From assembly GCA_963674705.1 (NCBI GenBank), contig OY771506.1, forward strand, positions 5,120,001 to 5,184,000: 64,000 nt of DNA, in the 5' to 3' direction. Origin of the DNA: Phycisphaeraceae bacterium (GTDB lineage: Bacteria > Planctomycetota > Phycisphaerae > Phycisphaerales > Phycisphaeraceae). Below, one piece after another: positions 10,852-21,082 of this stretch. Below the pieces are notes generated by a model that saw nothing but the letters and a program-made list of their open reading frames with translations, was not told the DNA's origin and ran no database searches. The position numbers and the translations under genes were made by a program. Numbering within the stretch: position 1 is the first letter of the stretch; each line of letters begins with the position of its first letter.

Positions 10852-13572
10852 ATGTCACCAATTCGCTCCCAACCGTTCACGCGGATCGGCTGTGCCATAC
10901 TTGCCTTGACAGTAGCCAACAGCGTATCTGCTCAAAGTGCATACTTCTCATGTCAAGGCGTACTGAACGCGCCCGGTGATAAGCACGATTTGTACTTCGA
11001 CCTGTCACGTGAGGTCGGCAGTTCAGAGAACCTGGCTTTCCTGACATTCACCTACGCGGGAGGTATCAACGCTGCGGGTGATGCTATACCCACCAGCGGT
11101 TTTGATGCTGCGCTAGGGTTATATGACTGTTTTAACGCGCTGCGTGGGCGGGATGATTCTTCCGGGCCGGGCCTGGACTGCTTGCTCTCCTGGGCGAGTG
11201 TTCAACCCGAGGGCATTCCGCTGAATCCCGATCCGTTGCCGGTTGATCATTATCGCCTGAACATCAAACAGTACAACGACCTGCACACCGGGCCTTGGGC
11301 AGTGGATCTGATCGGTCCGGCCGACGCGATCAAATTAACCGGTGCGATCCCCATCGAGACCAGTACGCTGGACTCGCTGAAGTTCGGCACGACCGGGAGC
11401 GGCGATACATCCGCGTTAGTAGAGTTTCATACCGAAACAAATGTGACCGGAGAGTTGTGCGTCGCAAACACAGGCAAAGGCAGTCTAACCGTGGGGACAA
11501 GTGGGATGTTATATGCCGGTGAACTCGAGATCGGCAAACAGATCGGTTCGATCGGATCGATGACGGTCAATTCCGCCAACTGTTACATCAGTACTTACAC
11601 AACGATCGGGGATCAGGGCCAAGGCACACTAAATATCCAGGATTACGGCGCCGTCAATTCCATGAGCCAGACAACGGTCGGGTTGAACAGCAACGCGGTG
11701 GGCGTCGTGAATGTGTCGGGCTGGCATGCGATATGGGACATCGATGACAGCCTCTACCTGGGCTACCTCGGTCAAGGCACGCTTAATATTAATAGCGGCG
11801 GCGAGGTGTTAACAGAGAACGGCTTCGTCGGGCTCGTTAATGCCGGGCATCTCAACGTCTGTGGCGAAGATAGCGCTTTGCACAGCACGGGCTCGCTGGT
11901 CGTGGGTTATTTTGACGGTGACAGCACGATGCGGATTGAAAACGGTGGGTTTGTATCCAATGACCATGCGTATCTCGCGTATGAACCCGACGCCTCCGGT
12001 ATCGTTACAGTGACCGGCGAAGACTCACACTGGTTTTGTGGTAACGATCTAAATATCGGCGGCGGTGGCAGCACAGCGGGCGGTGATGGCGAGTTGATTC
12101 TTCAGGACTTCGGGCTGGTATCGGTTGTAGGTTCGCTTCGTTTGTGGCCGAACGGAACGGTGAACCTCGATGGTGGAAGACTGAGACTGTATGAGTCGAT
12201 CGACGACCGGGGCGGGCAGTTTATCTACAGCCGAGGCGCCATCGAGACATACGACCCCGATCTTACACTTTATGTCGATCCTGCTGGTCTGCGGCTAGGG
12301 AATAAGACTATCAGCACATCCACGCTATTGACATATGACCATGACCTGAACCTTTCAGGCAAGATCGTGGTGAATTCAGGGGCGGTGCTCGAATCGACCG
12401 GCGGTTTTGTTATCACGAATGGTTTGACTGTAGCGACCGGCGCGGCCGTGCATGTGTCCGGGGGATTCATGCAGGCCAACAAGCTGACCATGGCGACCGG
12501 TTCGTCGTTGTCGTGTGTGAGCGATCTGTTATATGTCCCGGGACCGGTTCAATTGGCGATCGGTTCGGAACTGGATTTCACGGGCGGAGCTATGACGCTT
12601 GGGCATCCTTCGGCGGTCAACGGTGTGGTCATCGCAGGCACCGTGCGTATTCATAGCGGTACATTGCAGCTCTACGACGCCAATGATACCGTCCTGGACA
12701 GCGGCGCGTGGATCACGCTGGGTGAATCCGGCACACCCGCCACGATCGAGGCGGGCAATGGCTTGACCCTTGACTTCGGCGGCAACATCACCGGCTACGG
12801 CAGCATCGACACGCCCGATGATCCTTCCCGGCCGACCACTATCAACGGCCACATCACTGGTAACAGTGTGCTACAGCCCATCACACTCAACGGCTACATC
12901 AAGGGCGTCGGTACACTTGATAATGTCGTCATCACCGGGACGGATGCGCCTGGGTTCAGCACCACGACTGTATACCGAGGCAGTGTCGAATATGCCGGCA
13001 CACTCCTGATTGAAGTCGGTGGCACCACCATCGGTAGTTATGACCGTATCGAGCATTCGGGCATAGCAACGTTGGGTGGCACGCTCGAAGTGCAACTGAT
13101 CAACGGCTACACACCTGCTTTGGGCGATTCCATTGGTTTTCTGTTCGCCAACGGTGGTTACGGCGGATCATTCACTGACACACTCTTGCCTGATCTCTCC
13201 GGAATGGGGCTGGGTTGGCTACTCAATCCCGGCGGATCGACGGTCTTCCTTGAGGTCATCGCAGCCTTAGAAGGTGACTTGAATGGAGACGGCTTTGTCG
13301 GCTTGGATGATCTTGACATCGTGTTGATCAATTGGAATCAGAACGTCCCGCCGGCCGATACGCGTGCTGATCCAAGCGGCGATGGTTACGTCGGGCTGGA
13401 CGATCTGGATATCGTGCTTGGCAACTGGAATGCGGGTACACCGCCGTGTGTACAAACCCTCGCCCCGTTTCCGGAGCCATATGTAGTTGTGCTGTGGCTT
13501 ATTGGTGTTTGTTGTCTGCCTTGCAGGCGTTATCACGCAACCAACAAACAAATCCTGATCGCGAAAGTGTAA
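10852..13572 (+). CDS. PEP-CTERM surface protein: DVUA0089-like N-domain, beta repeats, paired dockerin-like module
   Basis: Signal peptide, TFTYAGGINAAGDAIPTSGFDAAL motif, GxGTLNI repeats, dockerin pair, FPEP plus TM plus RR. Confidence 0.88.
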   Translation: MSPIRSQPFTRIGCAILALTVANSVSAQSAYFSCQGVLNAPGDKHDLYFDLSREVGSSENLAFLTFTYAGGINAAGDAIPTSGFDAALGLYDCFNALRGRDDSSGPGLDCLLSWASVQPEGIPLNPDPLPVDHYRLNIKQYNDLHTGPWAVDLIGPADAIKLTGAIPIETSTLDSLKFGTTGSGDTSALVEFHTETNVTGELCVANTGKGSLTVGTSGMLYAGELEIGKQIGSIGSMTVNSANCYISTYTTIGDQGQGTLNIQDYGAVNSMSQTTVGLNSNAVGVVNVSGWHAIWDIDDSLYLGYLGQGTLNINSGGEVLTENGFVGLVNAGHLNVCGEDSALHSTGSLVVGYFDGDSTMRIENGGFVSNDHAYLAYEPDASGIVTVTGEDSHWFCGNDLNIGGGGSTAGGDGELILQDFGLVSVVGSLRLWPNGTVNLDGGRLRLYESIDDRGGQFIYSRGAIETYDPDLTLYVDPAGLRLGNKTISTSTLLTYDHDLNLSGKIVVNSGAVLESTGGFVITNGLTVATGAAVHVSGGFMQANKLTMATGSSLSCVSDLLYVPGPVQLAIGSELDFTGGAMTLGHPSAVNGVVIAGTVRIHSGTLQLYDANDTVLDSGAWITLGESGTPATIEAGNGLTLDFGGNITGYGSIDTPDDPSRPTTINGHITGNSVLQPITLNGYIKGVGTLDNVVITGTDAPGFSTTTVYRGSVEYAGTLLIEVGGTTIGSYDRIEHSGIATLGGTLEVQLINGYTPALGDSIGFLFANGGYGGSFTDTLLPDLSGMGLGWLLNPGGSTVFLEVIAALEGDLNGDGFVGLDDLDIVLINWNQNVPPADTRADPSGDGYVGLDDLDIVLGNWNAGTPPCVQTLAPFPEPYVVVLWLIGVCCLPCRRYHATNKQILIAKV

Positions 13573-13630
13573 GCATCGCGCTTTAGCTATACCCACTACC
13601 CACATCCACAACGACTCAAGGAGAAATGCG

Positions 13631-16312
13631 ATGAAACACATCCCGAGGAAGAGATGTTGTATGGCGCAAGCTTTTTTAGTCACATTCTTCTGTTCAACGA
13701 TGTCCCATGCCACGACATATACCTGGGACAATACTACCGGGAACAATTCTTTCCAGACATCTCTCAACTGGTTACCGACAGGCGTGCCCGGGACGGGCGA
13801 CACGGCGTGGTTTAACACCAATCTGGCCGATGACGCCGTCGATGTGGCTGATGGCACGGCTATCGACGCGATGCAAGTGAACAACTCAGCGATCGTTGAC
13901 CTGACCATCGGAGACGGCACGACCGCCAGCCGGTTCGATCTGGATCAGGCTGCCGGTGACTCGCTTATCATCGGCTCTTATCCGGTCGACACGGCGGAAC
14001 TCAACCTCAAAGGCGGGTGGCTGGACACCTACAGGACAAGGCTCGGTGGCCGTGCCATCTTCAATGTTGTCGGATCGTCTGTATGGGATTCGACATCGGT
14101 CTTGATCAATGGCGAAACCGTTTCCGACACGGCCGGTATTGGCGTCGGCCAGTCAGCCCAGGTTTACAGCAGCGGTTATAACGTCGACGTAGGCAGCAGT
14201 ACGGGCAGCGGACGAGTCGCAGTGGACGGCACACCGGAATTTTTTTTAGGGCCCGCTGCCAGATGGGGTGGTATCGGCACGCTCGATATCGGTCCAGACG
14301 TGATCAGCGGTTTTAACTTCGGCTGGGTCCGGTTATATCACGGTGGGCAGATGAGCGCAATTGACGCCGGTATCCACGGCACGACCGATGTGTCAAGCTA
14401 CATCCTGGTCGAGTCTGGCGGCAATCTGGAAGTCGTCAATGAACTTAACATCGGGCCCTATAGCCGACTCGATCTGGATGACACATACAGCCGTGTTTCG
14501 GTCGGTGTATTTACCAAAAGCGGCGGCATGTTTGACTGGACGGGCGGAACGTTGGAGATCACCGGGGAGGCTGTCACCATCGACAATCTCAATGGCCACA
14601 GTGTGATCGGCAGCAATCTGAACATTGGTACAAGTAAAGTGCTTAATCTGACATATGTCGATGGTTCCGGCCAGACGATGCTGGTGGGTAACCAGGGCAG
14701 CGGCGTTGTGACGATTGAAAACGGCGGCCAGTTGACGCAGGCCGGTCGCGCGACTCTCGGCTGGCAAGGTTCAGGCAACGGAACCGTGACGGTGCAAGGC
14801 ACGGGTTCGCACTGGCAAGTGAACGATATCCGCCTGAGCCAACTCGGTCCCAGCAGCGGGACATTGAATATTCTCGATGGAGGTCGAGTCACGACGGTCG
14901 CCGATGTGTTATTGGCCGGATTCGATGCCACGGCATACGGCGAGGTGTTTATGATGGGTGAAGATTCATTATTTGAAGTGGGTGGTAATCTTTCGATCGG
15001 CGGTCAGGCGTATGTTGCCGGCGGCACCGGTGAAGTCTACGTCGGTGATGGTAGCCGGATCGAGGTGGCGAAGACGCTGAAAGTCTGGGGCGACGGTACT
15101 TTTTTGATATGCGGCTCGGGTTCCGTGGTTGCGGACCGGATCGAGCTGGCGCCGGGCGCCGTGTTCGGCTTTCTTACACCCTTACCAGACGTGCACACAA
15201 ACCGACTGATCGGCTTCGGGGACAATGTCAATTTTGACGGGGCCCTATTTCTGGGTCACTCCGCTGGAGCCAGCGACGCCAGCCACAGCGTCGGGGCGGG
15301 GCAGACATTCATGATGCCGGACAATTGGCTGTACGTTGGCGAGGACAAGCCCGCAACCTTTACGATTGAAAACGGCGGATATGTGAAAAGCCTCGGCGGC
15401 GCTATTGGTAAGGAACCAGGCACGAACGGCAGCACCGTTACGGTCAGGGGCTCATGGCGCACCATATATGGCATCGAGGTGGGACAATACCCACAGGGTG
15501 GCGACAGCGCTACGCTCCTGATTGAAAACCAGGGATTCGTGTACACTTCTGGGATAGCCAACATCTGGCCGGATTCGAACATCACCCTGGATAATGCAAC
15601 TCTGAAAGCTACGGTTGTCGATGTGGAAGGAGGCGTCTTGCAGGGCACAGGAAGTGTGATACTTGAAGGTGTCATCGGCAACGAACTGAACAATGAAGGC
15701 GACGTGATCCCGGGCCTATCGATTGGGAAAATCGACGTATCAGGTATATATAACCAGCTACCCGCTGGCGCATTACATATCGAGATCGGTGGTGGAGGAG
15801 GCGTGCCGGGGAACGATTATGATCAGTTGAATATCACTGGGCCGGCCAACTTGGCGGGCAGATTGTTGTTGTCATCGTTCGGTCCCTACATCCCCGCGGA
15901 AGACACGACGTTCCGAGTGCTGGCTACGACATCAGGTGTGTCCGGTCACTTTGATCATGTGAGCTTCCCATACCTCGGGATCATGGGTCTTGGTTTGGAT
16001 TACTCAGATCCGAACGGTGTCTGGGTCCACGCCAATCTGAGTGGCGATCTCAATGGTGACGGATTCGTTGGGCTGGACGATCTGGATATTGTGCTAACCC
16101 GATGGAATATGGTTGCAGTAGCAGGTGTCTGGGGTCAGGGTGATCCGAGCGGCGACGGCTTCGTCGGCCTGGCCGACCTCGACATTATCCTGACCAACTG
16201 GAACAACGGCACACCACCGAGCGGCGCTACGGCCACCATCCCTGAACCAACAGCCATGGGCGTATTCGTCAGCGGGCTGGCTTTATTTATCACCCAGCGA
16301 AGAAGTCGCTGA
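13631..16312 (+). CDS. PEP-CTERM surface protein with beta repeats and paired dockerin-like module
   Basis: AAGGAG RBS, signal peptide, TYTW..NWLPTGVPG start, dockerin pair, IPEP plus TM plus RRSR. Confidence 0.9.
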   Translation: MKHIPRKRCCMAQAFLVTFFCSTMSHATTYTWDNTTGNNSFQTSLNWLPTGVPGTGDTAWFNTNLADDAVDVADGTAIDAMQVNNSAIVDLTIGDGTTASRFDLDQAAGDSLIIGSYPVDTAELNLKGGWLDTYRTRLGGRAIFNVVGSSVWDSTSVLINGETVSDTAGIGVGQSAQVYSSGYNVDVGSSTGSGRVAVDGTPEFFLGPAARWGGIGTLDIGPDVISGFNFGWVRLYHGGQMSAIDAGIHGTTDVSSYILVESGGNLEVVNELNIGPYSRLDLDDTYSRVSVGVFTKSGGMFDWTGGTLEITGEAVTIDNLNGHSVIGSNLNIGTSKVLNLTYVDGSGQTMLVGNQGSGVVTIENGGQLTQAGRATLGWQGSGNGTVTVQGTGSHWQVNDIRLSQLGPSSGTLNILDGGRVTTVADVLLAGFDATAYGEVFMMGEDSLFEVGGNLSIGGQAYVAGGTGEVYVGDGSRIEVAKTLKVWGDGTFLICGSGSVVADRIELAPGAVFGFLTPLPDVHTNRLIGFGDNVNFDGALFLGHSAGASDASHSVGAGQTFMMPDNWLYVGEDKPATFTIENGGYVKSLGGAIGKEPGTNGSTVTVRGSWRTIYGIEVGQYPQGGDSATLLIENQGFVYTSGIANIWPDSNITLDNATLKATVVDVEGGVLQGTGSVILEGVIGNELNNEGDVIPGLSIGKIDVSGIYNQLPAGALHIEIGGGGGVPGNDYDQLNITGPANLAGRLLLSSFGPYIPAEDTTFRVLATTSGVSGHFDHVSFPYLGIMGLGLDYSDPNGVWVHANLSGDLNGDGFVGLDDLDIVLTRWNMVAVAGVWGQGDPSGDGFVGLADLDIILTNWNNGTPPSGATATIPEPTAMGVFVSGLALFITQRRSR

Positions 16313-16622
16313 TATCTGCAACATAAGTCATTTTATTCTTGTTATATACCTCCCCCCCGTCTAAACTGGCGGTTTGGTTTCGTTGTTATTGAATAATCGT
16401 ATGGGCGGCGGCTGACGGAGGATCAGCGAGAGGGCCTGCGATGAGGGGTGGTAACACGTCGCCGGACGGGGAGTGGTTTGGTTCACAAACCTCGATATTT
16501 GGCTACACACCGCGTTGATCGGTGCGGGCTGTCGCTGCGCAACATATCTGTTCGACACGCAGACTTCAAATCGAATCTTCTTATTAGAACACTTCACTGT
16601 TCAGTCACCAAGGAGCTTAATC

Positions 16623-19600
16623 ATGTTGCGGTTACACACACAATCGACCAGCGTGACATGTGTAGTGATGATTGTCTCGCTTATGATGATGGTCGTTTCC
16701 AGACCGGCGGCTACCCATGCGCAAACTGCGTACTTCTCACTTGAAGGCGACATCGTCGCGGTTAGTGATGAGATCAACTTCGGCGTGGACCTGACGCGCA
16801 GTGTCGGCAGCAGCGAGAACCTCTTGTTCCTCACGTATACCTATGCGGGGGGCACAAACTATGCGGGTGATACGATCACGGCCAGCAGTTTCGATTCGGA
16901 CCTGCACTTCTATGACGGGCTAAGCGTATTGCACGGCCAGGACGATCAATCGGGACCAGGTTTTGATGCGCTGCTTTCCTGGACGGTCGGAGACACGCCG
17001 TTGAATCCCGATCCGCTGCTGGCGGGTAATTACCGATTGAACCTACAGGAATACATGAATAACAATACGGGACCGTGGGCGGTGGACATGGTCGGCCCTG
17101 CTGATGCGATGACCTTCACGGGGGCGACGGGCTTATTTTCCGGCACGATCGATTCCTTGAAGTTCGGCACGACCGGCGGCGGCACCGCGGTGTACAACCA
17201 TGGCAGCACGGTCAACCTGCTCGGTGATCTGGTCGTCGCGGCGACGGGTAACGCCGAATTGAATGTCGATGCAGGCACACTGACAGTCCATGGGCAAACC
17301 ACGATCAACAGCGGCGGCACGATTGATATTGACGGCGGCACGCTCTCCGCGGTTGGTCCGGTGTTGGTCGACGGCGGGACGTTTACATACAACAGCGGGT
17401 ACTTTTATCTGGCTTCGAGCGGTACATTCAGTGCGGTCAATGATGCCACGGTTGATTTCAGCGGTTCGTTAAATATCAATAGCAATAAGACCTACCGAGT
17501 CAGCTCCGGTTCGGACATAACATTTGGGGGTTATGTCGATGTGGGTGGGAACAGTGATGGCGTGCTGATTGTCGAGGGTGCTGGCACAACGTACGAAAAC
17601 GGCAACAGCTCGTGCTTCTGGGGGTACGGCGGGGGAACTGCGCAGGTGTTCATCACGACCGATGCGCAGGCCAACATCGATGGACTTAACCTGCGTATCG
17701 GATACGGCACCACCGCGAACAGCACGGGGCTGGTCAGTATCGAGAGCGGCGCGGGGATGACGGTGAGTAGTAATATTTATCTTGCGTCTGACGGCTCTGT
17801 CGGCGGCATGGGCGCCATTAATGTCATGGGCACCGACTCAACGTTTGAGCAAACAGGCGTCCGTAATCTGACTATCGGTCATGCGAGCGATGGTGTTGGA
17901 AGGCTTTCTGTTGAGTATTCCGGTTCCTTTACTTCGGGCAGCGGTACGATCACGGTCAATCCAACCGGGTTGATCGAAGTTAAGTCGGGCGGATCATTCC
18001 TTGCTAATGGTGATATCGTCGTCGATGGCGGAACGATATATATAACCAACAGCAGTTTCGCGCTGGCTGCGGGCAAATCATTGACGGCATCCAACAACGG
18101 CCAGGTCCACCTCAGCAACAGTTACAACATAGCTAACGGGAACACTTTCACTATCGATTCCGGTGCGGACTTGGAGGGAGGCAGCTACATCGATGTGGGT
18201 ACCGGCACAGATGGCACGCTGATAATCGACGGGCCCGGTTCAACGATCAGCACGAATGACGTCAGTTACTACGGCTCGAACGGCGCGACGGGGCAAGTTA
18301 CGCTCAGGAATGAAGCCACGGCGTACTACAACAACGCCATCCGAGTGACACAAGGGCTCAACCCCGGCACAAACGGCGTGCTCAACGTCGAAAGCGGCGC
18401 CGATGCGTATATGTACGGGACGCTGGCTATCTGTACCGGTGGAACGCCGGGTGGTAGTGGCACAGTTACCTTGACGGGCGCGGGGTCAACCATCGTACAG
18501 AGTGGTGATGTGGAATTGATCGTTGGACATGCAACTGACGGTACGGGCCTGCTGACGATCACGGATAATGGCAGTTTCACAACCGGCACAGACTCCACCG
18601 TCATCAGGACGACCGGCACGATCGAACTCAGTAATGGCGGCAAACTCTACACCAACGGCAACATCCTCGTAGACGGCGGGACGCTGAACCGCAATACGGG
18701 CGGCCTGCTCATCATGGATGCGGGTACAACCTTGTATGCCTACAACAACGGCCAGGTCAATATCACCGGTTCACATAACATCATGGATGATTGTACGTTC
18801 GAGATTAACTCCGGTGCGGACCTGGCGAGCACGAGTTACATCGACATCGGTAACGGATCGAACGGGACGCTGATCGTCGACGGCGTCGGCTCGACACTCA
18901 CGGTTAACGGACAATCGTATTGGGGATCGAATGGCGGAACGGCCACGGTCACACTGAGCAACAACGCTTATGTCGAGTTAGTCAAGCTCCAACTGGCTCA
19001 GGGTTCAACGGCCGGCACAACCGGGAGCCTCCGTATTGAAAGTGGCGCGGATGCTTTTATTCAAGGTGAGATCAGTCTGGCTGTAGGCGCACCCAGCGGC
19101 GGTAGCGCAACATTGCACATCAGCGGACCCGGCTCCACCCTGACACAAACGATGGACTACGATCTTGACATCGGCAGCACCACTTCCGGCTCTGCCTCGG
19201 TGACCATCGACAATAGCGGAAGCTATACACAAGACACCGGGTCGATTTTTATCCACGGCACCGGTACGGTCAATATCAGTAACGGCGGATCGTTTAGTAC
19301 CGGTGGTACGGTCGACCTCCGCGGCGGAACACTCAACCTCGATGACGGTGAGATCACTACCGGCAGCTTCATTCAATCAAGTGGGACATTCAACTTTAAC
19401 GATGGCAAGCTTACGATCGATGGCGGAACGTTCGATCCCGGTACCACGTATTACCGGATTTATGGCCCAACCGTGTCAGAAGTGCCTACACTTGTTTTCG
19501 ACAACGGCGCATCCGCTCCAGTGATAACCGGGTCGATGCATGTCGGCCACATTAATCGTGGGGCAATGCAAATACTGAATGGGTCCACTCTCAGTTCAAC

Positions 19601-20831
19601 AACCGCGTACATCGGCTATGATTCCACATCAAAAGGATCGGTTATTGTTGACGGTAGCGGGTCAACCTGGAACATTACCGATACAGACCTTCGTGTTGGT
19701 CAGAGTGGTTATGGAGAACTGATCGTCAGTGATCATGCTGTGATAAATGTTGCTGACGACTTTGGTGTAGGTTGTGCCATGGGCGGCACAGGTTATCTGC
19801 ACCTCACTTCAAGAGCCACGATCAACGTTGCCACGCGAACCTTTATTTCAGACTTCGGTAATGGTGAAGCAACGATTGATGGTGGTGCGACATTGACCTC
19901 GCAAGGCGGCGTGTGGATCTCAAACCTGGCCGGCACGTCCGGAACCTTGCATGTTCGTGAAACAGGAACGTTACTGGATGCAAAGACCGACTTACATGTG
20001 GGCGGTAATCCCAGTGGCTCAGAGGGTATTGGTATCGTAGACCTGAGTGATAACGCCCGGATCAGTGTCGGCGCGAAGCTTCACATCTGGGATCAGGGCA
20101 GTGTCAACTTCTCCGGCGGAACTCTCAGTGCAGACATCATCAGCGACATCGACGGCGGTACATTCAAGTTCACCGGTGGTGTGTTGCACGTGAATACCTA
20201 CGAAGGCCACCTGATCAACAACGGCGGAACAGTAGCGCCGGGTCATTCGGTGGGCCTGACATCGGTCACAAAAGATTACTCGCAGTTTGGCGGCATACTA
20301 GAAATCGAACTTGCCAATACGCCCGGTTCCGGTGGGATCGACTACGATCTGCTGGATGTCGTTGGTGATCTTGAGTTGGCAGGAACGCTTGATATCCTGC
20401 TAACAGGCGGGTTCATGCCTGTCATCGGCAACAGCTTCGATGTGATTACTTTTCACAACAGTCGATACGGTGTATTTGATCAGGTGCTTCTGCCAAAGAC
20501 ACCCGGAGTGGGCCTGGACCTTGTCTACATGTCCAAGTCCGTCCGTATCGTGACACGACTGGCAGGAGACCTCAACGGCGACGGCTTCGTCGGTCTGGAC
20601 GATCTGGACATTGTGTTGACACACTGGAATCAGAATGTGGATGCGGACGTCTGGCTGGGCGGCGACGCGACCGGTGATGGGTATGTCGGCCTGGACGACC
20701 TGGATGTCGTCCTGAACAACTGGAACGCGGGCACGCCGCCGGCTATCGACAAACAGGCAGCAATTCCTGAACCATCAACAGGTTTAATTCTTTGGGGAAT
20801 TATTATCGTGGGTTCGGTCATGAGAAAATAG
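16623..20831 (+). CDS. PEP-CTERM surface protein: DVUA0089-like N-domain, three ~217-aa repeats, paired dockerin-like module
   Basis: ATG 16623 preceded by AAGGAG. TYTYAGGTNYAGDTITASSFDS motif, dockerin pair, IPEP plus TM plus RK. Confidence 0.9.
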   Translation: MLRLHTQSTSVTCVVMIVSLMMMVVSRPAATHAQTAYFSLEGDIVAVSDEINFGVDLTRSVGSSENLLFLTYTYAGGTNYAGDTITASSFDSDLHFYDGLSVLHGQDDQSGPGFDALLSWTVGDTPLNPDPLLAGNYRLNLQEYMNNNTGPWAVDMVGPADAMTFTGATGLFSGTIDSLKFGTTGGGTAVYNHGSTVNLLGDLVVAATGNAELNVDAGTLTVHGQTTINSGGTIDIDGGTLSAVGPVLVDGGTFTYNSGYFYLASSGTFSAVNDATVDFSGSLNINSNKTYRVSSGSDITFGGYVDVGGNSDGVLIVEGAGTTYENGNSSCFWGYGGGTAQVFITTDAQANIDGLNLRIGYGTTANSTGLVSIESGAGMTVSSNIYLASDGSVGGMGAINVMGTDSTFEQTGVRNLTIGHASDGVGRLSVEYSGSFTSGSGTITVNPTGLIEVKSGGSFLANGDIVVDGGTIYITNSSFALAAGKSLTASNNGQVHLSNSYNIANGNTFTIDSGADLEGGSYIDVGTGTDGTLIIDGPGSTISTNDVSYYGSNGATGQVTLRNEATAYYNNAIRVTQGLNPGTNGVLNVESGADAYMYGTLAICTGGTPGGSGTVTLTGAGSTIVQSGDVELIVGHATDGTGLLTITDNGSFTTGTDSTVIRTTGTIELSNGGKLYTNGNILVDGGTLNRNTGGLLIMDAGTTLYAYNNGQVNITGSHNIMDDCTFEINSGADLASTSYIDIGNGSNGTLIVDGVGSTLTVNGQSYWGSNGGTATVTLSNNAYVELVKLQLAQGSTAGTTGSLRIESGADAFIQGEISLAVGAPSGGSATLHISGPGSTLTQTMDYDLDIGSTTSGSASVTIDNSGSYTQDTGSIFIHGTGTVNISNGGSFSTGGTVDLRGGTLNLDDGEITTGSFIQSSGTFNFNDGKLTIDGGTFDPGTTYYRIYGPTVSEVPTLVFDNGASAPVITGSMHVGHINRGAMQILNGSTLSSTTAYIGYDSTSKGSVIVDGSGSTWNITDTDLRVGQSGYGELIVSDHAVINVADDFGVGCAMGGTGYLHLTSRATINVATRTFISDFGNGEATIDGGATLTSQGGVWISNLAGTSGTLHVRETGTLLDAKTDLHVGGNPSGSEGIGIVDLSDNARISVGAKLHIWDQGSVNFSGGTLSADIISDIDGGTFKFTGGVLHVNTYEGHLINNGGTVAPGHSVGLTSVTKDYSQFGGILEIELANTPGSGGIDYDLLDVVGDLELAGTLDILLTGGFMPVIGNSFDVITFHNSRYGVFDQVLLPKTPGVGLDLVYMSKSVRIVTRLAGDLNGDGFVGLDDLDIVLTHWNQNVDADVWLGGDATGDGYVGLDDLDVVLNNWNAGTPPAIDKQAAIPEPSTGLILWGIIIVGSVMRK

Positions 20832-21082
20832 GAGACCTTGTAACCAATTCTATACGCATCTCGTGCTGTAATATGGCATATTACTTTGCGTTTTATGACA
20901 TGTCGTTTTGCGTTTAATTTAATATACCTGCTTCCTGTACGATTGCGTGCGATTGTTGTATTGCATTTCATAATAATAAAGCAATCGTGAAGGTTGCGGC
21001 GTCGCAGTCCGATGGCGTTGGCCGTATAATGTTAGGCCAAATGTCATCCGGGTTGTTCTTCTCTAACTACAAGCAAGATGCC

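Noticed and set aside
10375..20741. Dockerin-coding DNA repeats as a CRISPR array, DGR template/variable pair or shufflon
   Set aside because: They are in-frame coding sequence with mainly synonymous differences, not regular repeat-spacer units or adenine-specific changes, and no cas, reverse transcriptase or recombinase gene is present.
20874..20890. Sigma54-like TGGCA...TTGC
   Set aside because: The GG to GC spacing is 11 nt rather than the required 10.
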